Below, piece after piece: positions 50,265-59,538 of a DNA stretch of 64,000 nt; the stretch's first letter is position 1, and every line of letters starts with the position of its first letter. This DNA comes from Patescibacteria group bacterium (GTDB lineage: Bacteria; Patescibacteriota; Patescibacteriia; UBA1558; GWA2-36-10), in contig JBAZKN010000004.1 in assembly GCA_041650755.1 (NCBI GenBank), positions 4,624 to 68,623 on the forward strand, written 5' to 3'. The notes beneath the pieces are model-generated. The model made no database searches. It was not told where the DNA came from and saw nothing but the letters and a program-made list of their open reading frames with translations. Position numbers and translations under genes: made by a program.

Positions 50265-52166
50265 ATGATTATGAAAGAAAACCCTGATACGACTGATAAA
50301 TTGTTATCAGCAAAAACCAAGCATTACCGACCTCATAAATCAAGCAAAAATAAAATTCACCCCCGACACCGCCAATCCCATAAGATTGGCCCGCGGAGAA
50401 AAACAACTGCCGTGTCACGTGAAATACCTTTGGCTGATGCCACGGGTAAAAAGAGCACTCGCAAAATTGATCGCCGCCGCCCCAAGCTGAGCCGAGCTCC
50501 TTTGGGCAAATTGCGTATTATCCCTTTGGGCGGCTGCGAAGAAGTCGGCCGCAATATGACTGTTTTTGAATATGAAAACGATATTGTGATTATTGATATG
50601 GGTCTGCAATGGCCAGAAGAAGATATGCCTGGCATTGATTATATCATCCCCAATACGGCCTACCTCAAAGGTAAAGAAAAAAATATCCGCGGCGTCATCA
50701 TTACCCATGGCCACTATGATCACATTGGCGCCGTGCCTCATCTAGCGCCGGTTTTGGGCAATCCAATTATTTATGGCACGCCCTTAACGCTCGGCATTAT
50801 CGCCAAACGCCAAGAAGATTTTAAGACTGGCCCCTTGCGCCTCAAATCCATTGCTAAAGACTCAGTGCTCCAGCTGGGTAAATTCCGAACTAGCTTTTTC
50901 GGCGTTTCCCACAATATCCCCGGCTCCGTCGGCGTCATCCTGGATACTCCGGTAGGCAAAATAGTCCACACCGGCGACTTTAAAATCGACCCCAAGACAT
51001 CTGGCGATGCTCCGGCTGAAATAGAGAAAATCAAAAAACTAGCCAGCCAAAATGTCCTGGCTCTGATGGCCGACTCAACCAATGCACCTGAACCGGGCCA
51101 TCAATTGGCTGAACACGATATTCAGGGCAACATTGATGAAATTATTGCCCAAGCTCCTGCTCGGACAATTATCGGCACTTTTGCTTCGCTCCTAGGGCGT
51201 ATCCAACAAATCATCTGGTCATCAGAAAAATTAGGCAAAAAAGTCATTATCCAAGGCTATAGTATGAAACGCAACGTCGAATTGGCCCAGCAGCTAGGTT
51301 ATATGACTGTTAAAAAGGGCACTATTATCGATATCAAAGAAATGCGCCGCTATCCGGACAATAAAATTGTCATACTCTGCACCGGCGCTCAAGGCGAAGA
51401 TAATGCTGTGCTAATGCGCATTGCCAGCCACGAAGACAAAATATTAAAAATCGAACCAGGCGACACAGTCGTCTTCTCGTCTTCAGTCGTCCCGGGCAAT
51501 GAACGCTCTGTTCAAAGATTGAAAGATTCCCTGTATCGCGAAGGCGCCGAAGTTATCCATTATAAAATGATGGATGTCCATGCCGGCGGCCATGCCAAAC
51601 AAGAGGATATTTTGGAATTGATAAAAATGGTCAAACCGCGCTATGAAATCCCCATCTATGGCAATCACTCTTTCTTGAGAATCCATGCCAAAGTCGCTCT
51701 GCGCGCTGGTCTGGCTCCTGATCATATTTTCGTGCCAGACAATGGCCAGGTCATAGAATTTGATAAACAAGGCCATGGCAGCCTGACTGCCGAGAAAGCG
51801 CCGTCTGATTATGTCTTTGTCGACGGCTTGGGTGTAGGCGATGTCTCTAATGTTGTCTTGCGCGATCGCCAGATGATGGCAGAAGATGGTATGATCGTGG
51901 TGATTGCCACTATTTCCGGCAAAAGCGGCAAATTGGTCCACTCGCCCGATATTATCTCCCGCGGCTTCATCTATATGCGCGAGCAAAAAGAATTAGTGGA
52001 GACTATCCGCACCAAAGTCAAAAATATAGTCAATGAACACAATAAAACCAATGCCCAGCTGAATGAGACTTATATCAAAGAAACTTTGCGCAATGACTTG
52101 GGCCAATTTATCTTTACCAAAACACAGCGTCGGCCGATGATTCTGCCGGTCGTTATCGAGGTATAA
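50265..52166 (+). CDS. rnj: Ribonuclease J
   Basis: PLGGCEEVGRN, THGHYDHIG, HTGDFK, HAGGH. Confidence 0.96.
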   Translation: MIMKENPDTTDKLLSAKTKHYRPHKSSKNKIHPRHRQSHKIGPRRKTTAVSREIPLADATGKKSTRKIDRRRPKLSRAPLGKLRIIPLGGCEEVGRNMTVFEYENDIVIIDMGLQWPEEDMPGIDYIIPNTAYLKGKEKNIRGVIITHGHYDHIGAVPHLAPVLGNPIIYGTPLTLGIIAKRQEDFKTGPLRLKSIAKDSVLQLGKFRTSFFGVSHNIPGSVGVILDTPVGKIVHTGDFKIDPKTSGDAPAEIEKIKKLASQNVLALMADSTNAPEPGHQLAEHDIQGNIDEIIAQAPARTIIGTFASLLGRIQQIIWSSEKLGKKVIIQGYSMKRNVELAQQLGYMTVKKGTIIDIKEMRRYPDNKIVILCTGAQGEDNAVLMRIASHEDKILKIEPGDTVVFSSSVVPGNERSVQRLKDSLYREGAEVIHYKMMDVHAGGHAKQEDILELIKMVKPRYEIPIYGNHSFLRIHAKVALRAGLAPDHIFVPDNGQVIEFDKQGHGSLTAEKAPSDYVFVDGLGVGDVSNVVLRDRQMMAEDGMIVVIATISGKSGKLVHSPDIISRGFIYMREQKELVETIRTKVKNIVNEHNKTNAQLNETYIKETLRNDLGQFIFTKTQRRPMILPVVIEV

Positions 52167-52173
52167 AAATAAT

Positions 52174-52205
52174 AAAAAATCCCCCTAAACAATGGGGATT
52201 TTTTT
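52174..52205. terminator. Bidirectional terminator rnj/murI
   Basis: AAAAAATCCCC...GGGGATTTTTT. Confidence 0.75.
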
Positions 52206-52209
52206 ATCT

Positions 52210-53016
52210 TTATATCAAATTAATTCTTTTGGCTTTGATGGGTCTGCCTAGATATTTTTTAGCAGCTGATTCAAATTTATCAGCGCTGTCGGTAGTCAAA
52301 AATATTCGCCGCGGCTTGCTTTTGGCGGGCGAAGCATATTCCGCATGACGTTCTAGATACTCCTGCAATTTTTTGGCGACAATCTGACCGCTATCCAAAA
52401 CTTTTATTTGGCCGCCAAAATATCTTTGCATATCTTTTTGCACCCAGCCATAGTGGGTGCAGCCCAAAATCACCACATCAGGGTGATGGCTTTTTACTGG
52501 ACGGACATACTTCTTAATAACCATCTTAGTCTCGGGCGCTTTTTCCCAATTCTCTTCTATCAAGGGGACTAGTAGCGGGCAGGCCTGTTGGACTACTTGT
52601 ATTTTTTTATATTGCAGCTGCAACTCTCGCACATAAGAATTTGATTCTATGGTGCTGCGCGTACCCAAAACCGCTATAATTTTATTTTTACTTAAAATCG
52701 CCGCCTCCTCGGCCAAAGGACGGATAACGCCTAGAATATTTTTGCCTTTATAATTTTTAGGAATATAATCCTGTTGTAGTTTGCGCAAAGCTTCGGCTGA
52801 GGCCGTATTGCAAGCTAAGATAATCAACTCACACTTTTCGGCAAACAAATAGTCTACTGCCTGACGAGTATACTCATAAATAACTGCCTGGCTATGGTTG
52901 CCATATGGCGCCCGGGCATTATCTCCCAAATAAATATAGTCATACTGGGGTAAAACTTTTTCAATGGCCTTAAAAATCGTCAGGCCACCAAAGCCCGAAT
53001 CAAAGACTCCGATCAT
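52210..53016 (-). CDS. murI: Glutamate racemase
   Basis: FDSGFGGL, ACNTAS, LGCTHY. Confidence 0.96.
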   Translation of the reverse strand: MIGVFDSGFGGLTIFKAIEKVLPQYDYIYLGDNARAPYGNHSQAVIYEYTRQAVDYLFAEKCELIILACNTASAEALRKLQQDYIPKNYKGKNILGVIRPLAEEAAILSKNKIIAVLGTRSTIESNSYVRELQLQYKKIQVVQQACPLLVPLIEENWEKAPETKMVIKKYVRPVKSHHPDVVILGCTHYGWVQKDMQRYFGGQIKVLDSGQIVAKKLQEYLERHAEYASPAKSKPRRIFLTTDSADKFESAAKKYLGRPIKAKRINLI

Positions 53017-53019
53017 ATT

Positions 53020-54390
53020 TTAGTTTTTAATTACTGCTAAAACTTCCTGCTGATGCGCCTCGGCGCTCTCCTTATCTTTGGCCTCAACTGTCACCCGAAG
53101 CAGACTTTCAGTGTTTGAGGGTCTGACATTAAACCACCAATCAGCTAATTCTACCGTGATACCATCTAACTCGTCACGAATATCATCTTTATAATGCTGG
53201 CGGACCTTCTCCAGGCTGGCCGCAGTGTCACTAATCTCCAAATTATATTCATCGGTCCGATAATATAGAGAAAAATCCTGACCTATAGCTGATAGTTTGC
53301 GACCATCTTCAGAAATTGCCTGGATAGCCAGCAGCATGGCAATAAAGCCAGAGTCAGCATAATAATTCTTTTGGAAAGCAAAGTGGCCGGATACCTCGCC
53401 GCTCATAATGCCAAACTCATGGTGCATATGGCGAGATAAATTTATATAGCCGACTTCGCTGCGAATTGCTTTGCCACCCCATTTTTTTATAAGCTCTGGC
53501 ACAGCGTGGGAAAAAACCAGATTGTAAACAATACCAGCCCCGGGATTTTTTTCTAATAACAGCTTGGCCAGCAATAATATGGTCACATCGCTGCGGATAA
53601 ATTCTCCCTTTTCATCGAGTAAAAATAAGCGATCGCCATCCGCATCAAACATCACGCCAAAATCCGCCCGCTCTTGTTTTATTTTTTCAGCTATTGCCCG
53701 GCTGGCTCCTTTAGTTAAAGGATTGGGCGGGCGCTTCAAAAAGTCCGGATCAAGCTCTGGAAAAAGATGGATAAATTGGCCGGGTAATTTGGCAAAAATT
53801 TTGGGCAAGAGCTGGCTGGTCATGCCCCCGCCGCTATCAACTACTATTTTTAGCGGTTTTATTTTTGATAAATCAACGAAAGATAAAATGTGCTGCAAAT
53901 GATCTCGACTGATTTCTTTGGTTTTTAGCTTACCGGGCTTTATGCCGGCAGTATCGGGTAAATTTATTTTTTCCAATTCGCTAGCAATCTGCTTGCCGGT
54001 AATAAACTGGATGCTGTCGGTATATTCTGGGTTATTGGTGGTCAGTTTGCAGCCGGCATATTGAGGCGGGTTGTGCGAGGCAGTGGCCATAAACCCACCA
54101 TCATATTTATACTTACCAGTAGCAAAATAAAAATCATTAATAGAAACTAGGCCAATGTCATACACTTCTACACCATACTGTAGAAATATCTCAATAGCCG
54201 CTTTAACCAATGGTTCTGACCCATGACGAATATCACGGGCTACCATGATTCTTAATTTTTCCACTGGCTTGTTTAGCTTGCTGCTCAAACGGCTCAAAAA
54301 AGCTTTGGCAATCTGCTTGCTGGCCTCGGCATTTATTTCCGTAGGATAAACCCCGCGGATATCATAGGAGCGAAAAATGTCCTGATTCAT
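53020..54390 (-). CDS. Phosphomannomutase/phosphoglucomutase
   Basis: YDIRG, TASHNP, FDADGDR, GEVSGH, RPSNTE. Confidence 0.93.
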   Translation of the reverse strand: MNQDIFRSYDIRGVYPTEINAEASKQIAKAFLSRLSSKLNKPVEKLRIMVARDIRHGSEPLVKAAIEIFLQYGVEVYDIGLVSINDFYFATGKYKYDGGFMATASHNPPQYAGCKLTTNNPEYTDSIQFITGKQIASELEKINLPDTAGIKPGKLKTKEISRDHLQHILSFVDLSKIKPLKIVVDSGGGMTSQLLPKIFAKLPGQFIHLFPELDPDFLKRPPNPLTKGASRAIAEKIKQERADFGVMFDADGDRLFLLDEKGEFIRSDVTILLLAKLLLEKNPGAGIVYNLVFSHAVPELIKKWGGKAIRSEVGYINLSRHMHHEFGIMSGEVSGHFAFQKNYYADSGFIAMLLAIQAISEDGRKLSAIGQDFSLYYRTDEYNLEISDTAASLEKVRQHYKDDIRDELDGITVELADWWFNVRPSNTESLLRVTVEAKDKESAEAHQQEVLAVIKN

Positions 54391-54463
54391 AAAATTCAGC
54401 TAAATTTTAAACTAATCTTATTTTATCATAAAAGGGTCAAAAAAACAGCCAAGCCCCACTTAC

Positions 54464-54514
54464 TTGACAAGAATGTTAGAATAATATAACATTAAGTTAG
54501 AAATAATTAACATT
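54464..54514 (+). promoter_or_regulatory. Promoter with two tandem GTTA...TAAC operators
   Basis: TTGACA-N17-TAACAT; AATGTTAGAATAATATAACATT followed by AAGTTAGAAATAATTAACATT. Confidence 0.7.
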
Positions 54515-54528
54515 TAAAGCAAAAAACT

Positions 54529-54906
54529 ATGAGTAAAAAACAATATTTAATCTGTCGCTTAGTTGTCTCTTTTTTCACCGCCCTCCTAGTAGCCAGCGCT
54601 ATCACTTTAGGCAACTACGTCATACCCCTGTTAGTCATCATAGCTGGCATGGTTGTGCTTTATACTTGCCGCAAAAAAGTTCAAGATGTCCTAGTTGATG
54701 AAAGGGACTACAAAATAGCCGGTCAAGCTAGCCGCTATGTGCTAAACGCTTATTGTCTGATTGGGGCTATCATCACCGTGGTTGTATTTGCCACATCCAA
54801 AGATAATGCCGCTCTAATGCTGCTAGCTAATTTTTTGGCCTATAGTATCTGTCTAATAATGATTATCAACTCCTTACTATTCAAATGGCTAAGCTCCCGC
54901 AAATAA
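54529..54906 (+). CDS. DUF2178-like membrane protein
   Basis: [13 protein letters not shown] motif, 4 TM, next to an XRE regulator. Confidence 0.75.
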   Translation: MSKKQYLICRLVVSFFTALLVASAITLGNYVIPLLVIIAGMVVLYTCRKKVQDVLVDERDYKIAGQASRYVLNAYCLIGAIITVVVFATSKDNAALMLLANFLAYSICLIMIINSLLFKWLSSRK

Positions 54907-54907
54907 T

Positions 54908-55102
54908 ATGACCAACAAAATAAAGGAGTATCGTGCCAAATACGATCTCACGCAAGAAGAATTGGCTAAAAAAGTGCGGGTGCGCCGAGAAACTATATTA
55001 TTTCTGGAAAAAGGCACATACAACCCTTCACTTAAATTGGCCCATGATATAGCCATGGCTCTCAAAACTACAATTGATGATTTATTTGACTTCAAAGACT
55101 AA
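54908..55102 (+). CDS. XRE family HTH transcriptional regulator
   Basis: [28 protein letters not shown]. Confidence 0.93.
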   Translation: MTNKIKEYRAKYDLTQEELAKKVRVRRETILFLEKGTYNPSLKLAHDIAMALKTTIDDLFDFKD

Positions 55103-55121
55103 ACTCTAGTATGCTTTCTAT

Positions 55122-55520
55122 ATGATTGGACAACTGCCTCATTATCAGGTCTATACTAGACTCAAGCCATCCAAAATTCATGGCGTGGGTGTTTTCGCTA
55201 TCCGCCATATACCAAAAGGTGTGCGTATTTTCTTGGGAGAAAAAACTCAAATAGTTTGGATAAAAGAATCTACTATTAAAAAACTTAGCCCGGAATACCG
55301 CCGACTTTATGATGATTTTTGTTTATTAAAAAAAGGCCGTCTAGCTTGCCCGGCAAATTTCAATCAACTGGCTCCTGGCTGGTATCTAAACCACTCCAAA
55401 AAACCAAATGTTGCTCTGGATAAAAAAATGGATTTTTTTACTCTCCGCAACATTCGTAAAGGAGAGGAATTGACTGTTGATTATACTACTTATTCTGAGC
55501 AACCAGCGCCAAAAAAATAA
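55122..55520 (+). CDS. SET-domain protein (putative lysine methyltransferase)
   Basis: SKIHGVGVFA, YLNHS, GEELTVDY. Confidence 0.9.
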   Translation: MIGQLPHYQVYTRLKPSKIHGVGVFAIRHIPKGVRIFLGEKTQIVWIKESTIKKLSPEYRRLYDDFCLLKKGRLACPANFNQLAPGWYLNHSKKPNVALDKKMDFFTLRNIRKGEELTVDYTTYSEQPAPKK

Positions 55521-55530
55521 TTTTAAAAAT

Positions 55531-55875
55531 ATGGAAATGCCTTATGAGGAAATCGAATTAAGACCCCAGGAGACTGATGACTCTGAATCACCAGAAGAAC
55601 CAGAAACCATCACTAAAATGAGAGTTGATGTTGAGGGGGTTAAAGAGGCCATTGAGACAGAAAATTGGCTAGAGCTTGATGTCTGCCTACAGGGCATCAT
55701 AGAGGATACTGCTGCTTTTCACCCGGCGGCTAATTATCGAGAAGAATTCCTGGCTAAATTGTCAGGGGCTGAAAACGCCATTAATGATCTTAATATACCA
55801 GAAAAAATCTTGGAGCGCCGCATCAAAAATAACCTTGCCAAAGCCAAAAGGCTTCTAAGAAATAGTGGTCAATAA
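55531..55875 (+). CDS. Acidic hypothetical protein
   Basis: ORF 55477..55875, likely ATG at 55531. Confidence 0.6.
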   Translation: MEMPYEEIELRPQETDDSESPEEPETITKMRVDVEGVKEAIETENWLELDVCLQGIIEDTAAFHPAANYREEFLAKLSGAENAINDLNIPEKILERRIKNNLAKAKRLLRNSGQ

Positions 55876-55908
55876 GTCTGCTTGTAATAAAATAAATCCA
55901 AAAAATTC

Positions 55909-56808
55909 ATGTCAATCTACCTTAAAATTTTACCCGTAATATTAATTTTTATTTTGGGTTATTTTTTAAAAAAAACCAAACTATTTGATCGAGCAGATGC
56001 CGACCTCTTTCTGAAAGTAGTTTTTTATGTGGCCTCACCGGCCCTGATCCTGCTTTCCGTCTCCAGTATCAAGCTAAGCGCTTCACTTTGGTCATTACCG
56101 ATATCTGCTGTCATTATTATTTTAGTCAGCTATTTGATTGCGGCTGCCATCAGCCACACATTAAAATTGCCCCGCGAGTCTTTGGGAACATTTTTGATCG
56201 CCTGCCTAATCATGAATGTCGGCTTTCTCCTGCCGTTTGTCTTAGCGGCTTTCGGCAATGAGGGTGTTGCTAAAATATCATTATTTGATTTTGCTAACGG
56301 TCTGCTGACCTTTACTTTTGTTTATTATTTGGCTGTCAAATATGGCCAAGGACAAACCGACAAAAAATTTATCCGCAAAAAAATATTAATATCACCGCCA
56401 ATTTGGGCCCTAATTATAGCCATTACCCTCAACTTATCAAAAGTACAAATTACCGGATTAGCACATGACTTCCTCCAGCCGCTATCTTATCTTGTGTCGC
56501 CAATGATAATGCTATCACTGGGCATTTATTTCCAGCCAAAATTAAGCAAATTCAAAATACCTTTATTGGTACTAATACTGCGCTCTGGCTTGGGTTTGCT
56601 TTTGGGCTTATTATTAGCTAGTTTATTTCACTTGAGTGGCTTGGACAGGATCATCCTCATCTTGGCAGCCGCCGCCCCAGTCGGCTACAATACCCTGACT
56701 TTTTCTTCACTGGAAAAACTAGATCAAGATATGGCCGCCAATATTATATCCCTGTCTTTATTGTTTAGTATCATCTTTATCCCGATATTAATCGGCTTGT
56801 TACAATAA
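55909..56808 (+). CDS. AEC (auxin efflux carrier) family transporter
   Basis: About 10 TM; NVGFLLP, SPPIWA, AAAPVG. Confidence 0.85.
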   Translation: MSIYLKILPVILIFILGYFLKKTKLFDRADADLFLKVVFYVASPALILLSVSSIKLSASLWSLPISAVIIILVSYLIAAAISHTLKLPRESLGTFLIACLIMNVGFLLPFVLAAFGNEGVAKISLFDFANGLLTFTFVYYLAVKYGQGQTDKKFIRKKILISPPIWALIIAITLNLSKVQITGLAHDFLQPLSYLVSPMIMLSLGIYFQPKLSKFKIPLLVLILRSGLGLLLGLLLASLFHLSGLDRIILILAAAAPVGYNTLTFSSLEKLDQDMAANIISLSLLFSIIFIPILIGLLQ

Positions 56809-56809
56809 A

Positions 56810-57472
56810 TTATTTTCTCACTAGACAATTTATATTGTATTTGGTCCGATATACTCCCCGTGGCTCTAAAACAAAACCGCTTTTTTGCAATAAACTTTTT
56901 AGCTCAAGGCTTGTGAAGTGGTGATAATAACGCCAATAGAATTTTTGGCTGTTTGGCAGCCTATAAGGGATGAAACAATCATTCCACGACTTTTTGCTTT
57001 TTATGTTCTGAAAAAAATATTTGCGATACTTGGGCTGCCACAAATACCAATTGGTCATAAATAAAATTCCGCCCGGTTTTAGCCAACGGTAAATATTATT
57101 AAGTAGCGCTTGCCGCTCCTGCCTATCTCTCAAGTGATGAAAAGCGGCCACCAAACACACAAGATCGAAAGTTTCTGCCGGCCAGTCGAGCTTAGTCATG
57201 TCAGCCACTTGGAAAGCATGATCAGGAAATTGCTGGCGAGCTTTGGCTAATAGCTTTTCACTAAAATCAACCCCTAAATAATCATATTTTTTCCGGGCTG
57301 TCTGCAAAATTTTTATCAAGCGGCCGTTGCCGCAGCCCAAATCCAAAATCTTGCCCATGTCGGGCAAATATGGTATAAAAACTGATAACTCCGGCCAAGC
57401 CAAAAATCTAGTGTGGGAAAACTCTTGGGCAATGGAGTCATAAGTATTTTGCAAATTTTCTACATCAGTCAT
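56810..57472 (-). CDS. Class I SAM methyltransferase, Trm9/ALKBH8-like
   Basis: YDSIAQEFSHTR..WP, LDLGCGNGR, AAFHHL, RYYHHF. Confidence 0.8.
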   Translation of the reverse strand: MTDVENLQNTYDSIAQEFSHTRFLAWPELSVFIPYLPDMGKILDLGCGNGRLIKILQTARKKYDYLGVDFSEKLLAKARQQFPDHAFQVADMTKLDWPAETFDLVCLVAAFHHLRDRQERQALLNNIYRWLKPGGILFMTNWYLWQPKYRKYFFQNIKSKKSWNDCFIPYRLPNSQKFYWRYYHHFTSLELKSLLQKSGFVLEPRGVYRTKYNINCLVRK

Positions 57473-59072
57473 GGACAAAAATAGTAAAATAATTGATAAA
57501 ATTATTTACGAGCTGGCTAGCCAAAAATATGCCACTGAATTAGATTTTGCCAAAAGCTTTCGACGGGCTTTTAGCAAGCATCGTTTGGCTCCCAGTACTA
57601 AGGCTACCTTGATTTCCCGCTATCGTCAATTAGTCAAAGCCAAAAAAATAAAAGCTACGGCCGCCTTTGAACAACTTTTGAAAAAACGGGCAGTGCGCAC
57701 CCTGTCAGGCGTTTCAGTCATTACTGTCTTATCCAAGCCATTCCCCTGCCCCGGGTCTTGCGTATATTGCCCGACTGAACCAAAAATGCCAAAAAGCTAT
57801 TTGAGTAACGAGCCGGCAGCTGCTAGGGCAAAAATGAACTTATTTGATGCCCAGCGGCAAGTTACGATGCGCATTCAGGCCCTAGAAAACAATGGGCACC
57901 TGGTAGATAAGCTGGAAATTTTGGTTTTGGGCGGCACTTGGTCTGTCTACCCCAAAAAATATCAGGATGATTTTATTCGTGATTGTTTTTACGCGGCCAA
58001 TACATACGCCAAAAAAACCAAGCGGAAAAAATACGGCTTAGGGCGTGAACAAAAAATAAATGAAACCGCTAAATACAAAATTATCGGCCTGACTTTGGAA
58101 ACTCGACCAGATTTTATCACCCCAAAAGAAATAAAAAACTTGCGCCGCCTGGGCGCTACCCGCATTCAACTTGGCATCCAACATACCGATGATAAGATTT
58201 TAAAAAAAATAAAGCGAGGACACACTGTCAAACAAAGTATTGCTGCAACCAGACTGCTAAAAGAGGCTGGTTTCAAAGTCGATCATCACTATATGCCAGA
58301 CCTGCCCGGCAGCACTCCCCAAAAAGATTTGGCTATGTTTAAATATGTTTTTTCTTCCCCTGACTTACAGCCCGATCAAATAAAAATCTACCCTTGCGTG
58401 GTCAATCAATATGCTCAAATATATCAATGGTACAAAAATAAAAAATACAAACCCTACACTATTAAACAATTAAACAATTTACTGTTATCAATTAAGCAGT
58501 TAGTACCGCCCTACGTGCGCCTTAATCGCTTAATTCGCGACATCCCTCAAAACAGTATCATAGCCGGCAACAAAATCACCAATCTACGGCAATACCTGCA
58601 AGCCGAGCTGGCAAAAAAAGGAAGGAGTTGCCAATGCTTGCGTTGCCGGGAAATACGCCGGTCCAAAGATAGAGATATGCGGCTAGTCAAAAGGCAATAC
58701 GCCGCCTCTGACGGCCAAGAAATTTTTTTGAGTTTTGAAAATAGAAACAGAACAAGAGTCTATGCTTTCCTACGTTTGCGTTTTAACGATAAAAATTTTT
58801 CCCCGCTCTTTCCGGTACTAAAAAACTCTGCTCTAATACGAGAACTGCATGTCTATGGACAGATGATACCGGTCTATCAAGAAAATTCGGATGATGAAAT
58901 CGGTGCTAATCAGCATCTAGGCCTAGGTAAGCGCTTGATGGCAACAGCTGAAAAAATAGCCAAAAAAAACGGCTACCGAAAAATAGCTGTAATTTCCGGC
59001 ATTGGCGTGCGCAATTACTATCGTAAACTCGGCTATAAATTGCAGGACGGCTACTTGACTAAATCTCTATAA
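57471..59072 (+). CDS. elp3: Elp3 radical-SAM/KAT tRNA U34 carboxymethyltransferase
   Basis: RTLSGV, CPGSCVYCP, ETRPD, KIYP, RELHVYG, QHLGLGK, GVRNYYRKLGY. Confidence 0.95.
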   Translation: MDKNSKIIDKIIYELASQKYATELDFAKSFRRAFSKHRLAPSTKATLISRYRQLVKAKKIKATAAFEQLLKKRAVRTLSGVSVITVLSKPFPCPGSCVYCPTEPKMPKSYLSNEPAAARAKMNLFDAQRQVTMRIQALENNGHLVDKLEILVLGGTWSVYPKKYQDDFIRDCFYAANTYAKKTKRKKYGLGREQKINETAKYKIIGLTLETRPDFITPKEIKNLRRLGATRIQLGIQHTDDKILKKIKRGHTVKQSIAATRLLKEAGFKVDHHYMPDLPGSTPQKDLAMFKYVFSSPDLQPDQIKIYPCVVNQYAQIYQWYKNKKYKPYTIKQLNNLLLSIKQLVPPYVRLNRLIRDIPQNSIIAGNKITNLRQYLQAELAKKGRSCQCLRCREIRRSKDRDMRLVKRQYAASDGQEIFLSFENRNRTRVYAFLRLRFNDKNFSPLFPVLKNSALIRELHVYGQMIPVYQENSDDEIGANQHLGLGKRLMATAEKIAKKNGYRKIAVISGIGVRNYYRKLGYKLQDGYLTKSL

Positions 59073-59153
59073 AATATATACTATTGAGTTGATCTCTGTA
59101 CACTAGGCGATCAGGCTAAAAAGGCCACTGCCCATAGGGAAAGGAGCCCCAAG

Positions 59154-59471
59154 ATGCCACGACGAGGCAGAAGAAATCGCTTCCACTTCAGTCCATTGGA
59201 CTGGGTAGGAAGCCTGACCCCAGACGAAGCAGATGCCCTGCTGGCACACATCCATGAAGTCACGCCGCAGGACAACAGTCTCGCATCTCAACGCATTTGG
59301 GTGATCAATCTTCTGATCCTCCAGCCGGCGGTCGTAAGCCGGGGCTACATCAGCCAGAAGCCCAGCCATCAGAGGCTTTTGCGGGTTTTTGGCATGACAC
59401 CCAAGCTAATCGAACAGCGTCTGTGGCGACTTTGGCAAGAGGTCTGCCCAGCAGAACTCCGGGTTGGCTGA
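59154..59471 (+). CDS. GC-rich orphan protein (cassette H)
   Basis: Promoter TTGACT(59055)-N16-TATACT; SD AAGGAG at 59141-59146. Confidence 0.65.
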   Translation: MPRRGRRNRFHFSPLDWVGSLTPDEADALLAHIHEVTPQDNSLASQRIWVINLLILQPAVVSRGYISQKPSHQRLLRVFGMTPKLIEQRLWRLWQEVCPAELRVG

Positions 59472-59485
59472 ACGGGCAGTAACAA

Positions 59486-59524
59486 AAACGTCCACTCCGG
59501 TCAGGGGCGGACGTTTCTTTTTTT
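59486..59524 (+). terminator. Terminator of cassette H
   Basis: AAACGTCCACTCC-GGTCA-GGGGCGGACGTTT then T-run. Confidence 0.75.
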
Positions 59525-59538
59525 ATCTCTATATATTT

